Below, piece by piece: positions 32,075 to 41,361 of a stretch of 64,000 nt of DNA. The notes below the pieces were generated by a model. It had not been told where the DNA came from. It saw only the letters and a list, made by a program, of their open reading frames with translations, and searched no databases. A program made the position numbers and the translations under genes. Every line of letters begins with the position of its first letter. Position 1 is the first letter of the stretch. This DNA comes from Candidatus Eiseniibacteriota bacterium (lineage in GTDB: Bacteria; Eisenbacteria; RBG-16-71-46), in NCBI GenBank assembly GCA_044223005.1, contig JBGAML010000015.1, positions 32,001-96,000 of the forward strand, read 5' to 3'.

Positions 32075-35000
32075 ATGTCGGACTCGGTGATCTTCTCCCG
32101 CCGCGACTTCCTGAAGCTCGTCGGCGTCGGTGTGGCCGGCACGGCCGCGGGCTGCGCCAAGCCGCCGGCCGAGAAGCTCGTGCCCTACCTGATCGCGCCG
32201 GAGGACATCCTCCCCGGCGTGCCGTACTTCTACGCGAGCACCTGCCGCGAGTGCCCGGTCGGCTGCGGCCTGATCGCCCGGTCCCGCGAGGGGCGCGCGA
32301 TCAAGCTCGAGGGCAACCCGCAGCACCCGATCGGCGGCGGCGGACTGTGCGCGCGCGGCCATGCGGGCCTGCAGGGCCTCTACGATCCGGATCGCCTGCG
32401 TGCGCCGCAGGTGAAGACGGGCAGCGCGTTCAAGGACGCGGGCTGGGACGAGACGGTCGCCGCGCTGGGCGCCAAGCTGGCGGCGGCGAAGGGCAAGGTG
32501 CTGCTGCTGACCGGTCACGAGACCGGCGCGCAGCGCGCGCTCTGGACCGAACTCGCGACCGCGCTCGGCGGCCGCCACGTGATGTGGGAGCCGTTCGCGT
32601 ACGAGGCCGTGCGCGCGGCCAACCAGAAGACCTTCGGCATCGCCGCGGTGCCGCGCTACGACTTCGCGGCGGCGCGCTGCGTGATCACCTTCGGCGCGGA
32701 CTTCCTCGAGACGTTCGGCTCGCCGGTGGCGCAGGCCAACGGCTTCGCCGCGATGCGTGCGAAGCACGACGACGGCGCCGGGCACTTCATCGCGGTCACG
32801 CCGCGTCTCGGGCTCACGGCCGCGAACGCGGACGAATGGGTCGCGGTGCCCGCGGGTGGCGAGATGGCCGTGGCGCTCGGGCTCGCGCACGTGATCCTGG
32901 CCGAGAACCTCGGCACGCCCAACGGCGATCGTGGTGCGCTCGCCGCGGCCGTGGCGGCGTGGACGCCCGAAGCGGTGGAGAAGCAGACCGGTGTCGCGGT
33001 GGCGGACCTGCAGCGCGTGGCGCGCCGGTTCGCGAAGAACGCCGCCGGCCTCGCGGTCGCGGGCGGCATCGCGACGCAGGGCACGCAGGCGACGGCGCTC
33101 GTCGCGGCGGTCAACCTGCTGAACGCGGCGGCCGGCGTGGTCGGCCGCACGGTCGTGTTCGACCGCACCATGGATTTCGAGGGCGTCGCGTCGTTCGCGG
33201 CGATGACGGACCTCGTGAAGGAAATGTCGGCGGGTGCGTTCGACGCGGTGATCGTGCACGGCACGAACCCGGCGTATGCACTGCCGAAGGCGGTGGGCTT
33301 CGCCGACGCGTTCGCGAAGATCGGGACCAAGGTCTCGCTCGCCGGCGCGCTCGACGAGACCGCGGCGCTCTGCGACGCGATCCTGCCGTCGCAGCACGCG
33401 CTCGAGAGCTTCGGCGACTCGCAGCCGGCGCGGGGCGTCTACTCGCTGGTCCAGCCGGCGATGCGCGCGCTGCCGATGTTCGACTCGCGCCCGACGGGCG
33501 AGGCGCTGCTCGCGCTCGGACGCGCGGCCGGCGCCGGCGCGGCGTGGCCCGCGACGTGGCTCGACTGGCTCAAGCAGTCCTGGAAGCCGCTGCATGCGCG
33601 CTTCGGCCAGGGCCGCGACTTCGACAACTTCTTCACCGACGCGCTCAAGGCCGGTGGCGTGTGGGAGACGGTGGCCGCGACGCCGGTGCGCTGGCTCGGC
33701 GCGCCGGAGTTCGTCGCCGACGCGCGCGCGGGCGACGGCGGCTTCGCGCTGCTGGTCGCGCCCTCGAACAACTTCTACGACGGGCGCGGCGCCAATCGTC
33801 CGTGGCTGCAGGAACTGCCCGACATGACCAGCAAGGCCGTGTGGGGCTCGTGGGCCGAGATCCACCCGGACACCGCGAAGGCGCTCGGCGTCGCCAACGG
33901 CGATGCCGTGAAGATCGAGACGCCCGCCGGCAGCGTCGAAGTGCCCGCCTACGTCTACGCCGGCATCCGCAAGGACGCCGTCGCGCTGGCGCTGGGGCAG
34001 GGGCACACGGCGTACGGCCGCTACGCGACCGATCGTGGCGTGAACGCCGTTGCGCTGGTCCCCGCCGCGACCGACGCGGCTTCCGGCGCGCTCGCCTACC
34101 AGGGCGCCAATGCGAAGCTGTCGCGCGGCTCGAAGGCCGCGGCGCTGTACCTCGAGCAGGGCGAGAAGGACCAGCACGACCGCCACATCGCGCAGATCAT
34201 CCCGATCTCGGCGCTGATGGCCGGCAACGGCGCGGTGCCCGAGGGTGTCGCGCACGGCGACGTGGTCGAACACAAGGCGCACAAGGAAGACTTCGACGGG
34301 CACTATCCGGCGGGCGAGGGGGCGCTCTACCCGACGCCGATGATGACGACGCCGGGCAAGCACACCGAACCGCTCGCGCGCCCGAAGGACGCGAAGACGC
34401 CGTCGCATGCGATCTCGGCGTTCGAGTCCGAGCTCAAGGTGCGCGGCCCCAAGGCGGACCCGGTCGACGTCGGCAGCTATGCGAACGCGACGCACCGCTG
34501 GGCGATGGCGATCGACCTCAACCGCTGCACCGGCTGCGCCGCGTGCGTGGTGGCGTGCGCCTCGGAGAACAACATCCCCGTCGTCGGTCCCGAGCTCGTG
34601 AACAAGGGCCGCGAGATGACGTGGATCCGCATCGACCGGTTCGAGAACGAACTCAAGCCGGGCCGGAACGACGTGCGGTTCATCCCCATGATGTGCCAGC
34701 ACTGCGGCTCGGCGCCGTGCGAGATGGTGTGCCCCGTGTACGCCACCTACCACAACCCCGAGGGCCTGAACGCGCAGGTCTACAACCGCTGCGTCGGTAC
34801 GCGGTACTGCTCCAACAACTGCCCGTACAAGGCGCGCGCGTTCAACTTCTTCGACTACTCGGCGCCCGAGAAGACGACGTTCGCCTTCCCGGAACCGCTC
34901 AACTGGCAGCTGAATCCCGACGTCACCGTGCGCTCCAAGGGCGTGATGGAGAAGTGCACGATGTGCGTCCAGCGCATCCTCGAAGGCAAGGGCAACGCCA

Positions 35001-35227
35001 AGGACGAGAACCGTCCGGTGCGCGACGGCGAGATCCAGACCGCGTGCGCGCAGTCCTGTCCGGCCCAGGCGATCACGTTCGGTGACCTCGCCGATCCCGA
35101 GAGCGCGGTGCACCAGAAGAGCTACGGCGAGCGCAAGTACTGGGTGCTCGAGGAGCTCAACACGCGTCCGGGCGTCACCTACCTGCAGAAGGTCCAGCGT
35201 GACGAACCGGCGGAGGGCCGCTCGTGA
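32075..35227 (+). CDS. actB: Alternative complex III subunit B (Tat-exported molybdopterin-oxidoreductase-like domain fused to Fe-S domain)
   Basis: SRRDFLK Tat motif, DGRGANRPWLQELPD, CTGCAACVVAC, CQHCGSAPC, RCVGTRYCSNNCPY, EKCTMC. Confidence 0.93.
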   Translation: MSDSVIFSRRDFLKLVGVGVAGTAAGCAKPPAEKLVPYLIAPEDILPGVPYFYASTCRECPVGCGLIARSREGRAIKLEGNPQHPIGGGGLCARGHAGLQGLYDPDRLRAPQVKTGSAFKDAGWDETVAALGAKLAAAKGKVLLLTGHETGAQRALWTELATALGGRHVMWEPFAYEAVRAANQKTFGIAAVPRYDFAAARCVITFGADFLETFGSPVAQANGFAAMRAKHDDGAGHFIAVTPRLGLTAANADEWVAVPAGGEMAVALGLAHVILAENLGTPNGDRGALAAAVAAWTPEAVEKQTGVAVADLQRVARRFAKNAAGLAVAGGIATQGTQATALVAAVNLLNAAAGVVGRTVVFDRTMDFEGVASFAAMTDLVKEMSAGAFDAVIVHGTNPAYALPKAVGFADAFAKIGTKVSLAGALDETAALCDAILPSQHALESFGDSQPARGVYSLVQPAMRALPMFDSRPTGEALLALGRAAGAGAAWPATWLDWLKQSWKPLHARFGQGRDFDNFFTDALKAGGVWETVAATPVRWLGAPEFVADARAGDGGFALLVAPSNNFYDGRGANRPWLQELPDMTSKAVWGSWAEIHPDTAKALGVANGDAVKIETPAGSVEVPAYVYAGIRKDAVALALGQGHTAYGRYATDRGVNAVALVPAATDAASGALAYQGANAKLSRGSKAAALYLEQGEKDQHDRHIAQIIPISALMAGNGAVPEGVAHGDVVEHKAHKEDFDGHYPAGEGALYPTPMMTTPGKHTEPLARPKDAKTPSHAISAFESELKVRGPKADPVDVGSYANATHRWAMAIDLNRCTGCAACVVACASENNIPVVGPELVNKGREMTWIRIDRFENELKPGRNDVRFIPMMCQHCGSAPCEMVCPVYATYHNPEGLNAQVYNRCVGTRYCSNNCPYKARAFNFFDYSAPEKTTFAFPEPLNWQLNPDVTVRSKGVMEKCTMCVQRILEGKGNAKDENRPVRDGEIQTACAQSCPAQAITFGDLADPESAVHQKSYGERKYWVLEELNTRPGVTYLQKVQRDEPAEGRS

Positions 35228-36600
35228 GCACGACGATGCCGACCGATCTCACGCGCGACGGCGTGAACGACGTGCCGGATCGCCCGGTCACCCAGCGATC
35301 GCTCAACGACGACGTCATGAGCATGGTCGCGATCCCCGGGAAGATCTGGTGGGCGCTCTTCCTCTTCGACCTGCTCGTTCTCGGCGCCGCGCTGGCCGCG
35401 GTCCGCAACCTGATCGTGCACGGCTGGGGCGTCTCCGGCTTCCAGCGCCCGGTCATGTGGGCGGTCGACATCACGAACTTCGTGTTCTGGGTCGGCATCG
35501 CGCACTGCGGCACGCTGGTCTCGGCCGTGCTGTTCCTCTTCCGTTCGCACTTCCGGCGCGCGGTCTACCGCATCGCGGAAGCGATGACGGTGTTCGGCGT
35601 GCTGACCGCGGCCATGTTCCCCGCGATCCACACCGGCCGCCCGTGGTTCGACTACTGGCTGTTCCCGTACCCGAACCAGCGCCAGCTCTGGACCAACATC
35701 CGCTCGCCGCTCGAGTGGGACGTGTTCGCCGTGAACACGTACCTGACCGTGTCGAGCATCTTCTTCCTGGTCGGCCTGATCCCCGACGTCGCGGCCGCGC
35801 GTGATCGCGCGAAGCACCCGCTGCTCAAGCTGGTGTACACGCTGCTGGCGTTCGGTTGGACCGGCGCGAACTACCAGTGGAAGCACTTCTACGGCGCATA
35901 CCTGTTCTTCGCCGCGCTGGCGACGCCGCTGGTCTTCTCGGTGCATAGCGTCGTGTCGTGGGACTTCGCGATGGCGCAGCTGCCCGGCTGGCACTCGACG
36001 CTCTTCGCCCCGTACTTCGTCGCCGGCGCGATCTTCTCGGGCGTCGGCATGGTGATCTTCCTGCTGATCATCATTCGCAAGGGCTTCGGCCTCCAGCACC
36101 TGGTCACGATCGACCACATGGAGAAGCTCTCCAAGCTGGTGCTCCTGACCTCGACGATGGTCGGCTACTCGTACCTGACCGAGTTCTTCATGGCCTGGTA
36201 CGGACCGAACCGGGCCGAGAGCGACCTGTTCTGGTTCCGCGCCACCGGGCACTACTGGTGGGCGTTCTGGATCATGTTCAGCTGCAACGTGATCTTCCCG
36301 CTCTCGCTGTGGTTCAAGCCGGTGCGGCGGAACATGACCGCGCTGTTCGTGCTGTCGATCCTGGTCAACATCGGCATGTGGTTCGAGCGTTTCGTGATCA
36401 TCGTCACGTCGCTCACGCGGTCGTTCAACCCGGCGACGTGGTTCTACTACCGCATCTCGCTGAGCGAGATCATGCTCATCGTGGGTTCGTTCGCCTGGTT
36501 CTTCATGTTCTTCCTCGTCTTCGTGCGGGTCCTGCCGGCGTTCTCGATCGCCGAGATCAAGGAAACGCTCCCGATGCCGAAGAGGAGGGCGCACTCGTGA
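35224..36600 (+). CDS. actC: Alternative complex III subunit C (NrfD/PsrC family quinol-binding subunit)
   Basis: ITNFVFWVGIAH, RIAEAMT, HTGRPW, RSPLEWD, SVHSVVSWDFA, GMWFERF. Confidence 0.94.
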   Translation: MSTTMPTDLTRDGVNDVPDRPVTQRSLNDDVMSMVAIPGKIWWALFLFDLLVLGAALAAVRNLIVHGWGVSGFQRPVMWAVDITNFVFWVGIAHCGTLVSAVLFLFRSHFRRAVYRIAEAMTVFGVLTAAMFPAIHTGRPWFDYWLFPYPNQRQLWTNIRSPLEWDVFAVNTYLTVSSIFFLVGLIPDVAAARDRAKHPLLKLVYTLLAFGWTGANYQWKHFYGAYLFFAALATPLVFSVHSVVSWDFAMAQLPGWHSTLFAPYFVAGAIFSGVGMVIFLLIIIRKGFGLQHLVTIDHMEKLSKLVLLTSTMVGYSYLTEFFMAWYGPNRAESDLFWFRATGHYWWAFWIMFSCNVIFPLSLWFKPVRRNMTALFVLSILVNIGMWFERFVIIVTSLTRSFNPATWFYYRISLSEIMLIVGSFAWFFMFFLVFVRVLPAFSIAEIKETLPMPKRRAHS

Positions 36601-37145
36601 TCCAGAAGCTCCTCGACGGCATCCTCAATCCCGTGCCGCCGAAGTTCCACGGCGTGATGGGGATCTGGTACTACGTGGACGACGCGGCCGAGGTGGTGAC
36701 CGCGCTGCGCCAGGCCGGGTACAAGAACCTCAACGTCTTCTCGCCCGTGCCGCACCACGAAATCGAGCACGCGATGGAGCAGGGGCCCTCGCTCGTGCGC
36801 TGGGTGACCGCCGTCGGCGGCTTCCTCGGCGCGACCGGCGGCTTCGCGCTCTGCTTCTACTCGATCGCCTCGTGGCCGCTCGTGATCGGCGGCAAGGAGC
36901 TGTTCTCGGTGCCGCCGATGACCGTGATCGGATACGAATCGATGATCCTGATCGCCGGCCTGTCCAACCTGCTCGGCATGCTCGCGCTCGCGCGGCTGCC
37001 GCAGCTCAAGCCCGTCGCGCCCTACGATCCGCGCTTCCAGGAAGACCGGATCGGCATCTGGGTGCCCTGCGACGCGGCGACGGCGGCCAAGGTCGAGTCC
37101 ATCATGAAGGGCCACCAGGCCGAGGAGGTGCACGTCCATGCTTAG
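36597..37145 (+). CDS. actD: Alternative complex III subunit D (DUF3341)
   Basis: FSPVP, two TM segments flanking WPLVIGGK, YDPRF; position in the operon. Confidence 0.88.
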   Translation: MIQKLLDGILNPVPPKFHGVMGIWYYVDDAAEVVTALRQAGYKNLNVFSPVPHHEIEHAMEQGPSLVRWVTAVGGFLGATGGFALCFYSIASWPLVIGGKELFSVPPMTVIGYESMILIAGLSNLLGMLALARLPQLKPVAPYDPRFQEDRIGIWVPCDAATAAKVESIMKGHQAEEVHVHA

Positions 37146-37704
37146 GACGAAACTCCTGCTCGGCGTGATCGCGCTCTGGTCGGTGTCCTTCCAGCAGGGT
37201 TGCCAGGACGTGACCAAGTCGCTGACCCACTGGACCTACTACCCGATCCGCGACATGCGCCAGACGGTCGCGATCGACCCCCAGCGCGGCGACCCGACTC
37301 ATCCCAAATGGATCGCGTTCCGCGGCCCGGACTCGCTGGCGGTGCCTACCATGGACGTCGACCGCTGGATGAGCGACGCGCCCTACGACATGGCGGGGAA
37401 GATGATGGTGGCGCCGCAGACGCTGATGGACTCGGCGGTCGTGCGTGGCGACACGCTCTTCCACACGTTCTGCTGGACCTGCCACGGCATGAAGATGGCC
37501 GGTGACGGCCCCGTCGCCGCCACGTTCATGCCGCCGCCCGACCTGCTCGCCGAGGCGACGCGCAACCGCACCGACGGGTACATCTTCATGTACATGCGTC
37601 ACGGAGGCGTGGTCATGCCGTCCTACGGCAATGCCGTCTCCGCGAAGGACGCGTGGGACATCGTCCACTACATCCGGTACATGCAGAAGGTCAGCCCGCG
37701 ATGA
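37138..37704 (+). CDS. actE: Alternative complex III monoheme cytochrome c subunit E
   Basis: CWTCH, GDG, MPSYG, WDIVHYIR; N-terminal Cys possibly lipidated. Confidence 0.88.
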   Translation: MLRTKLLLGVIALWSVSFQQGCQDVTKSLTHWTYYPIRDMRQTVAIDPQRGDPTHPKWIAFRGPDSLAVPTMDVDRWMSDAPYDMAGKMMVAPQTLMDSAVVRGDTLFHTFCWTCHGMKMAGDGPVAATFMPPPDLLAEATRNRTDGYIFMYMRHGGVVMPSYGNAVSAKDAWDIVHYIRYMQKVSPR

Positions 37705-38957
37705 GCCACGAGGCCGCACTCCGCGACATCGCCGGCAAGTTGCCGGTCCGCCGCAACGGGCGCATGCAGGCGATCTGGTTCGTCTGCATGGCGATCGGCA
37801 TCGCCGCGTTCGCCTATCTCTACTTCACGAACCCGCTGCGCGCCTGGGGCTCGTGGGCGATCAATACGCTCTACTTCCTCGGGATCGCCGAGGGCGCGAT
37901 CGCCCTCGCCGCCGCCATCCGGCTCGCCAACGGCCGCTGGGGCGGGCCCATCATGCGCATCGCCGAGGCGCTGTCCGCCTACCTGCCCTACGGCGTCGCG
38001 ACGCTCTTCGTGCTGCTCGCGGTGGGCTCGTGGACCTACCTGCCCTGGATCCATCACACCGAGCCGCGCCAGGCGCCGTTCCTCAACGTGCCGTTCCTCT
38101 GGGTCCGCACGTTGGGCGGCCAGTTGCTCTTCCTGTTCCTCGCGCAGAAGCTCGCGCGCGTCTCGCTGCGGCAGGACGCCAAGCTGCTCGAGCCCTACGT
38201 GCCCGATGCGCTCAAGGCCAGCTATGCGAAGCTGACCGCCGGCTGGAAGGGCGAGCAGGCCGAGCGTGACGCGTACCGTCACGAGTCCGCGCACCTCGCG
38301 CCGCAGATCGCGCTGGCCTTCACGATCTTCTTCACGGTGCTGGCGTGGGACTTCGTGATGGCGCTGACGCCCAACTGGGTGAGTGGTCTGTTCGGCTGGT
38401 GGTTCTGGGCCGCGGCGTTCATCACCGGCGTCGCCATGGTGGCGCTGATCGCGACGCACGTGCGCGAGAAGTACCAGCTGCAGGCCTACATCACGACGAA
38501 CATGTTCTGGGACATCGGCAAGATCCTGTTCGCGTGGTGCGTCTTCTGGGGCTACCTCTTCTGGTCGCAGTACCTGCCGATCTGGTACGCGAACATGCCC
38601 GAGGAAACCTGGTGGGTGTTCATCCGATTCGAGGAGCCCTGGCGCGGCCTCTCGTTCCTGGTGTTCACGCTGATCTTCGTGATCCCGTTCCTCGGCATGC
38701 TGAACAAGACCTCGAAGACCAACCCGATGCTGCTCGCGACCTTCTCGGTGATCGCGATGATCGGCGTCTGGCTCGAGCGGCACGTGCTGGTGATGCCGTC
38801 GCTCAACGCCGAGACCATGTGGTTCGGGCTGCCCGAGGTGGGCGTGATGCTCGGCTTCCTCGGCCTCTTCGGCTGGTCCGTGCAGGGGTTCCTGTCGCGC
38901 TACCCGATCGTGCGTGTCGTGGACGTGTTAGAGAATGCCGGCGGGCACGGGCACTGA
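37701..38957 (+). CDS. actF: Alternative complex III membrane subunit F
   Basis: About 10 TM segments, WDFVMAL, DIGK, SQYLPIWYANMPEET. Confidence 0.92.
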   Translation: MSHEAALRDIAGKLPVRRNGRMQAIWFVCMAIGIAAFAYLYFTNPLRAWGSWAINTLYFLGIAEGAIALAAAIRLANGRWGGPIMRIAEALSAYLPYGVATLFVLLAVGSWTYLPWIHHTEPRQAPFLNVPFLWVRTLGGQLLFLFLAQKLARVSLRQDAKLLEPYVPDALKASYAKLTAGWKGEQAERDAYRHESAHLAPQIALAFTIFFTVLAWDFVMALTPNWVSGLFGWWFWAAAFITGVAMVALIATHVREKYQLQAYITTNMFWDIGKILFAWCVFWGYLFWSQYLPIWYANMPEETWWVFIRFEEPWRGLSFLVFTLIFVIPFLGMLNKTSKTNPMLLATFSVIAMIGVWLERHVLVMPSLNAETMWFGLPEVGVMLGFLGLFGWSVQGFLSRYPIVRVVDVLENAGGHGH

Positions 38958-39045
38958 CGCCCCTCACCGGCGCCGACGCCCGGGTCCTCCACGCGAGGGC
39001 CTGGGCGTCGCGTTTGGGGGCGGCCCGTCGTCCGAGGCAGGCGGT

Positions 39046-39132
39046 GCCGGGATGGCGAAACTGGCAGACGCAGCGGACTTAAAATCCGCTGGGCGCAAGC
39101 CCGTGCAGGTTCGATCCCTGCTCCCGGCACCA
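39046..39132 (+). tRNA. tRNA-Leu, anticodon UAA
   Basis: Acceptor stem GCCGGGA/TCCCGGC plus ACCA; anticodon arm GCGGA-CT-TAA-AA-TCCGC; long variable arm GGGC-GCAA-GCCC; GGTTCGATCC T-arm. Confidence 0.96.
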
Positions 39133-39462
39133 AGGCCCCGACATCAGCCAGCGCGGCGCGGCAGCACCCGTGGTCGAGAGGGAGCGTTCCCATTCCCTGG
39201 ACCACCGGTCGTCACGGGAGCTCGGGCGCAATCGGGTGAGCTTCGGGTCTCATCATCGCTCGGACCCTGCCGCCCACGTCCCCAGTGCCCGGACTCCCGG
39301 GCGGCGACGAGGCAGACCGAAGTTCACTCCATCACGCCGGTGTCCCTTTCACGAGCAGTGGTCCGAGGATCGGGGACATTCCAGAGCCGGCTCAATCTGC
39401 TCGATCCGTGACTTGCTGGCGGCGAGGGCGGAGCCGCGGGCCGAGGCGAGCGGGTGGACCGG

Positions 39463-39867
39463 CTAGGGGCGGCGGAAGACCAGCGCGTTGAACAGCGCTC
39501 GCAACACCGTTCCCACGAACATCGCCGGAAGCGCCGTGGCCCACAGGACCAGGGCGAGCGTCAGCATTCCGCGGGCCGCGGTCATCTCGGGATGCTCGCG
39601 CTCGAAGTCTCCGTAGCGACGGTGCCAGAGCCACATTCGCACCGGAATCGCGACGAGCATCACGGCGACGCCGGCGGCGACGAAGATCCCCAGGACGGTC
39701 ATCGCCACGAAAGACAAGAGCAGGCAGGCGCCGATGAGCCAGAATCCCAACTGCCGCGTCAGGTGGGCTTCGTACGAGGCCACCGAGCGCTGCTCGTCGA
39801 GATCGCTCCAGACGACGTGCCTGGGAGCTTCTGTCACGTTCTTCCCCCCGTTCGAGTCGTCGAGCAT
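39463..39867 (-). CDS. Hypothetical membrane protein (about 3 TM)
   Basis: ATG 3 nt after the upstream stop; hydrophobic segments; no recognised motif. Confidence 0.6.
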   Translation of the reverse strand: MLDDSNGGKNVTEAPRHVVWSDLDEQRSVASYEAHLTRQLGFWLIGACLLLSFVAMTVLGIFVAAGVAVMLVAIPVRMWLWHRRYGDFEREHPEMTAARGMLTLALVLWATALPAMFVGTVLRALFNALVFRRP

Positions 39868-39870
39868 TGC

Positions 39871-41181
39871 TCACTCCGCCACGGCGATCCTCAGCGTGCG
39901 CGTGCCGAGCGGCGTGGCGAGGCGCGCGAAGTAGACGCCGTTGGCGACGCCCGCGCCGGAGTCGGCGCGGCCGTTCCATTCGGCGAACGAATCGCCCGCG
40001 GGCATCGCTCCCGACCGCACGGCGGCGACGCGGCGGCCGGCGAGGTCGAAGAGCTCGAGCCGGCCCGTGGTCGCGGCGGGGACGTGCATCCGGAACGCGA
40101 CGTGCCGGCCCGCGCCGGGGCGCCCGAGCGCGCCCAGTTCCACCGCGCCCCGTGCGGCCGGGCGCGGCGCGGCGAGCACGACCGGGTCGGCGAGCGTGAA
40201 GTCCGTCGCGGGTACCGCCCAGTGGATCTCCTGGATGCCGATCGTGAGATCGGTGCCGTCCACGTAGGCGAGGAAGTCCTGGCCGTTCACCGACAGCACC
40301 TCGGGGCCGAACCACTGGTCGCTCAGCGAGTCCTGGCCGACGTTGTCGAACAGGCGATAGGTGCCGCTCCAGAGCGTGGAGTCGGCGGTCGGGTCAGGTG
40401 TCGTGCGGTAGCGGATCGTGTGCGTCGAGTTCGTGGTCATGAACATGAACCACTGGTCCTCGTGCTCGAGCAGCACGGGCGATTCGCTCCAGCCCCAGAA
40501 GTGCGCCTCGTCGGTGCACCAGAGCGGCATGAGGTCGGTCCACGGTGCGAGTCCGCCGTCGTTGCGGGCGACGGCGGCGATCAGCTGGCCGCGTGCCTCG
40601 GCGGGCGTGGTGACGTAGTACATGAGCCAGCGGGTGGTGTCGGCCGGATCCGGCATCACGAACGCGTCGCGGAACTGGCAGCCGTCGAACTCGGACGAGT
40701 CCGAGTACGCCCACGGCACCTGCGCGCCCGAGAACACGGGCTCGGGATAGCGCGTCCAGTTGACCAGGTCGGTCGACGTCGCGACCCCGATCCGCTGGAA
40801 CCACTGCCAGCCGTACGGCACGTTCTTCACGCCGGTGTAGAACATGTACCAGGTGCCGTCGCGGTAGATCAGGCTGGGCGACCAGACGTGGTCGCTGTCC
40901 CATTCGCCGGGGCGCACCGCGAGCAGCGTGTCGAGCTCGGTCCACGTGTGCAGGTCGGTCGAGACCGCGTGCCCGAAGCTCGTGAGGTTCACCTCGGCCG
41001 TCGAGTCGGGGAAGAGTCGCATGTAGAAGAGGTGGAACACGCCGTCCGCGTGGACGAACGCGAACTCCTTGGCGTGCGCCGGCGCGGGTGGAACGTACAC
41101 CGCGCCCGTGGCGCGCAGCGCCGCCAGCACGAGCCCGGCGAGGAGGGCGAGCGTCGCGATGCGGGTCCGGGGTCGAGTCAT
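39871..41181 (-). CDS. Secreted five-bladed beta-propeller glycoside hydrolase (GH32/GH43-like) with C-terminal FlgD Ig-like domain
   Basis: Signal peptide; HLFY, GHAVSTDLxxW, WSPS, FRDA, ESP; tail LFDLAGRRV...WNGR...GVYFARL. Confidence 0.8.
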   Translation of the reverse strand: MTRPRTRIATLALLAGLVLAALRATGAVYVPPAPAHAKEFAFVHADGVFHLFYMRLFPDSTAEVNLTSFGHAVSTDLHTWTELDTLLAVRPGEWDSDHVWSPSLIYRDGTWYMFYTGVKNVPYGWQWFQRIGVATSTDLVNWTRYPEPVFSGAQVPWAYSDSSEFDGCQFRDAFVMPDPADTTRWLMYYVTTPAEARGQLIAAVARNDGGLAPWTDLMPLWCTDEAHFWGWSESPVLLEHEDQWFMFMTTNSTHTIRYRTTPDPTADSTLWSGTYRLFDNVGQDSLSDQWFGPEVLSVNGQDFLAYVDGTDLTIGIQEIHWAVPATDFTLADPVVLAAPRPAARGAVELGALGRPGAGRHVAFRMHVPAATTGRLELFDLAGRRVAAVRSGAMPAGDSFAEWNGRADSGAGVANGVYFARLATPLGTRTLRIAVAE

Positions 41182-41313
41182 GTCGGCCTCCTGCCGCCCG
41201 TGAGGGGCGGCGCGCGGCTCCCGCCGCGCTCGTGTGCCCATCACTGTCCCACGCCCGGGCGGGGTGCGGAAGGGGGCAGGCCGGGGGGCGCGCTCGTGGT
41301 CGCCGGAATTGCA

Positions 41314-41343
41314 GGAGCCCGGCGACGTGGGTCGCCGGGCTCC
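41314..41343 (-). terminator. 13-bp perfect hairpin downstream of the cytochrome c gene
   Basis: GGAGCCCGGCGAC-GTGG-GTCGCCGGGCTCC; no clear U tract. Confidence 0.5.
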
Positions 41344-41361
41344 GGTGCGGCCGGGTGCGGT

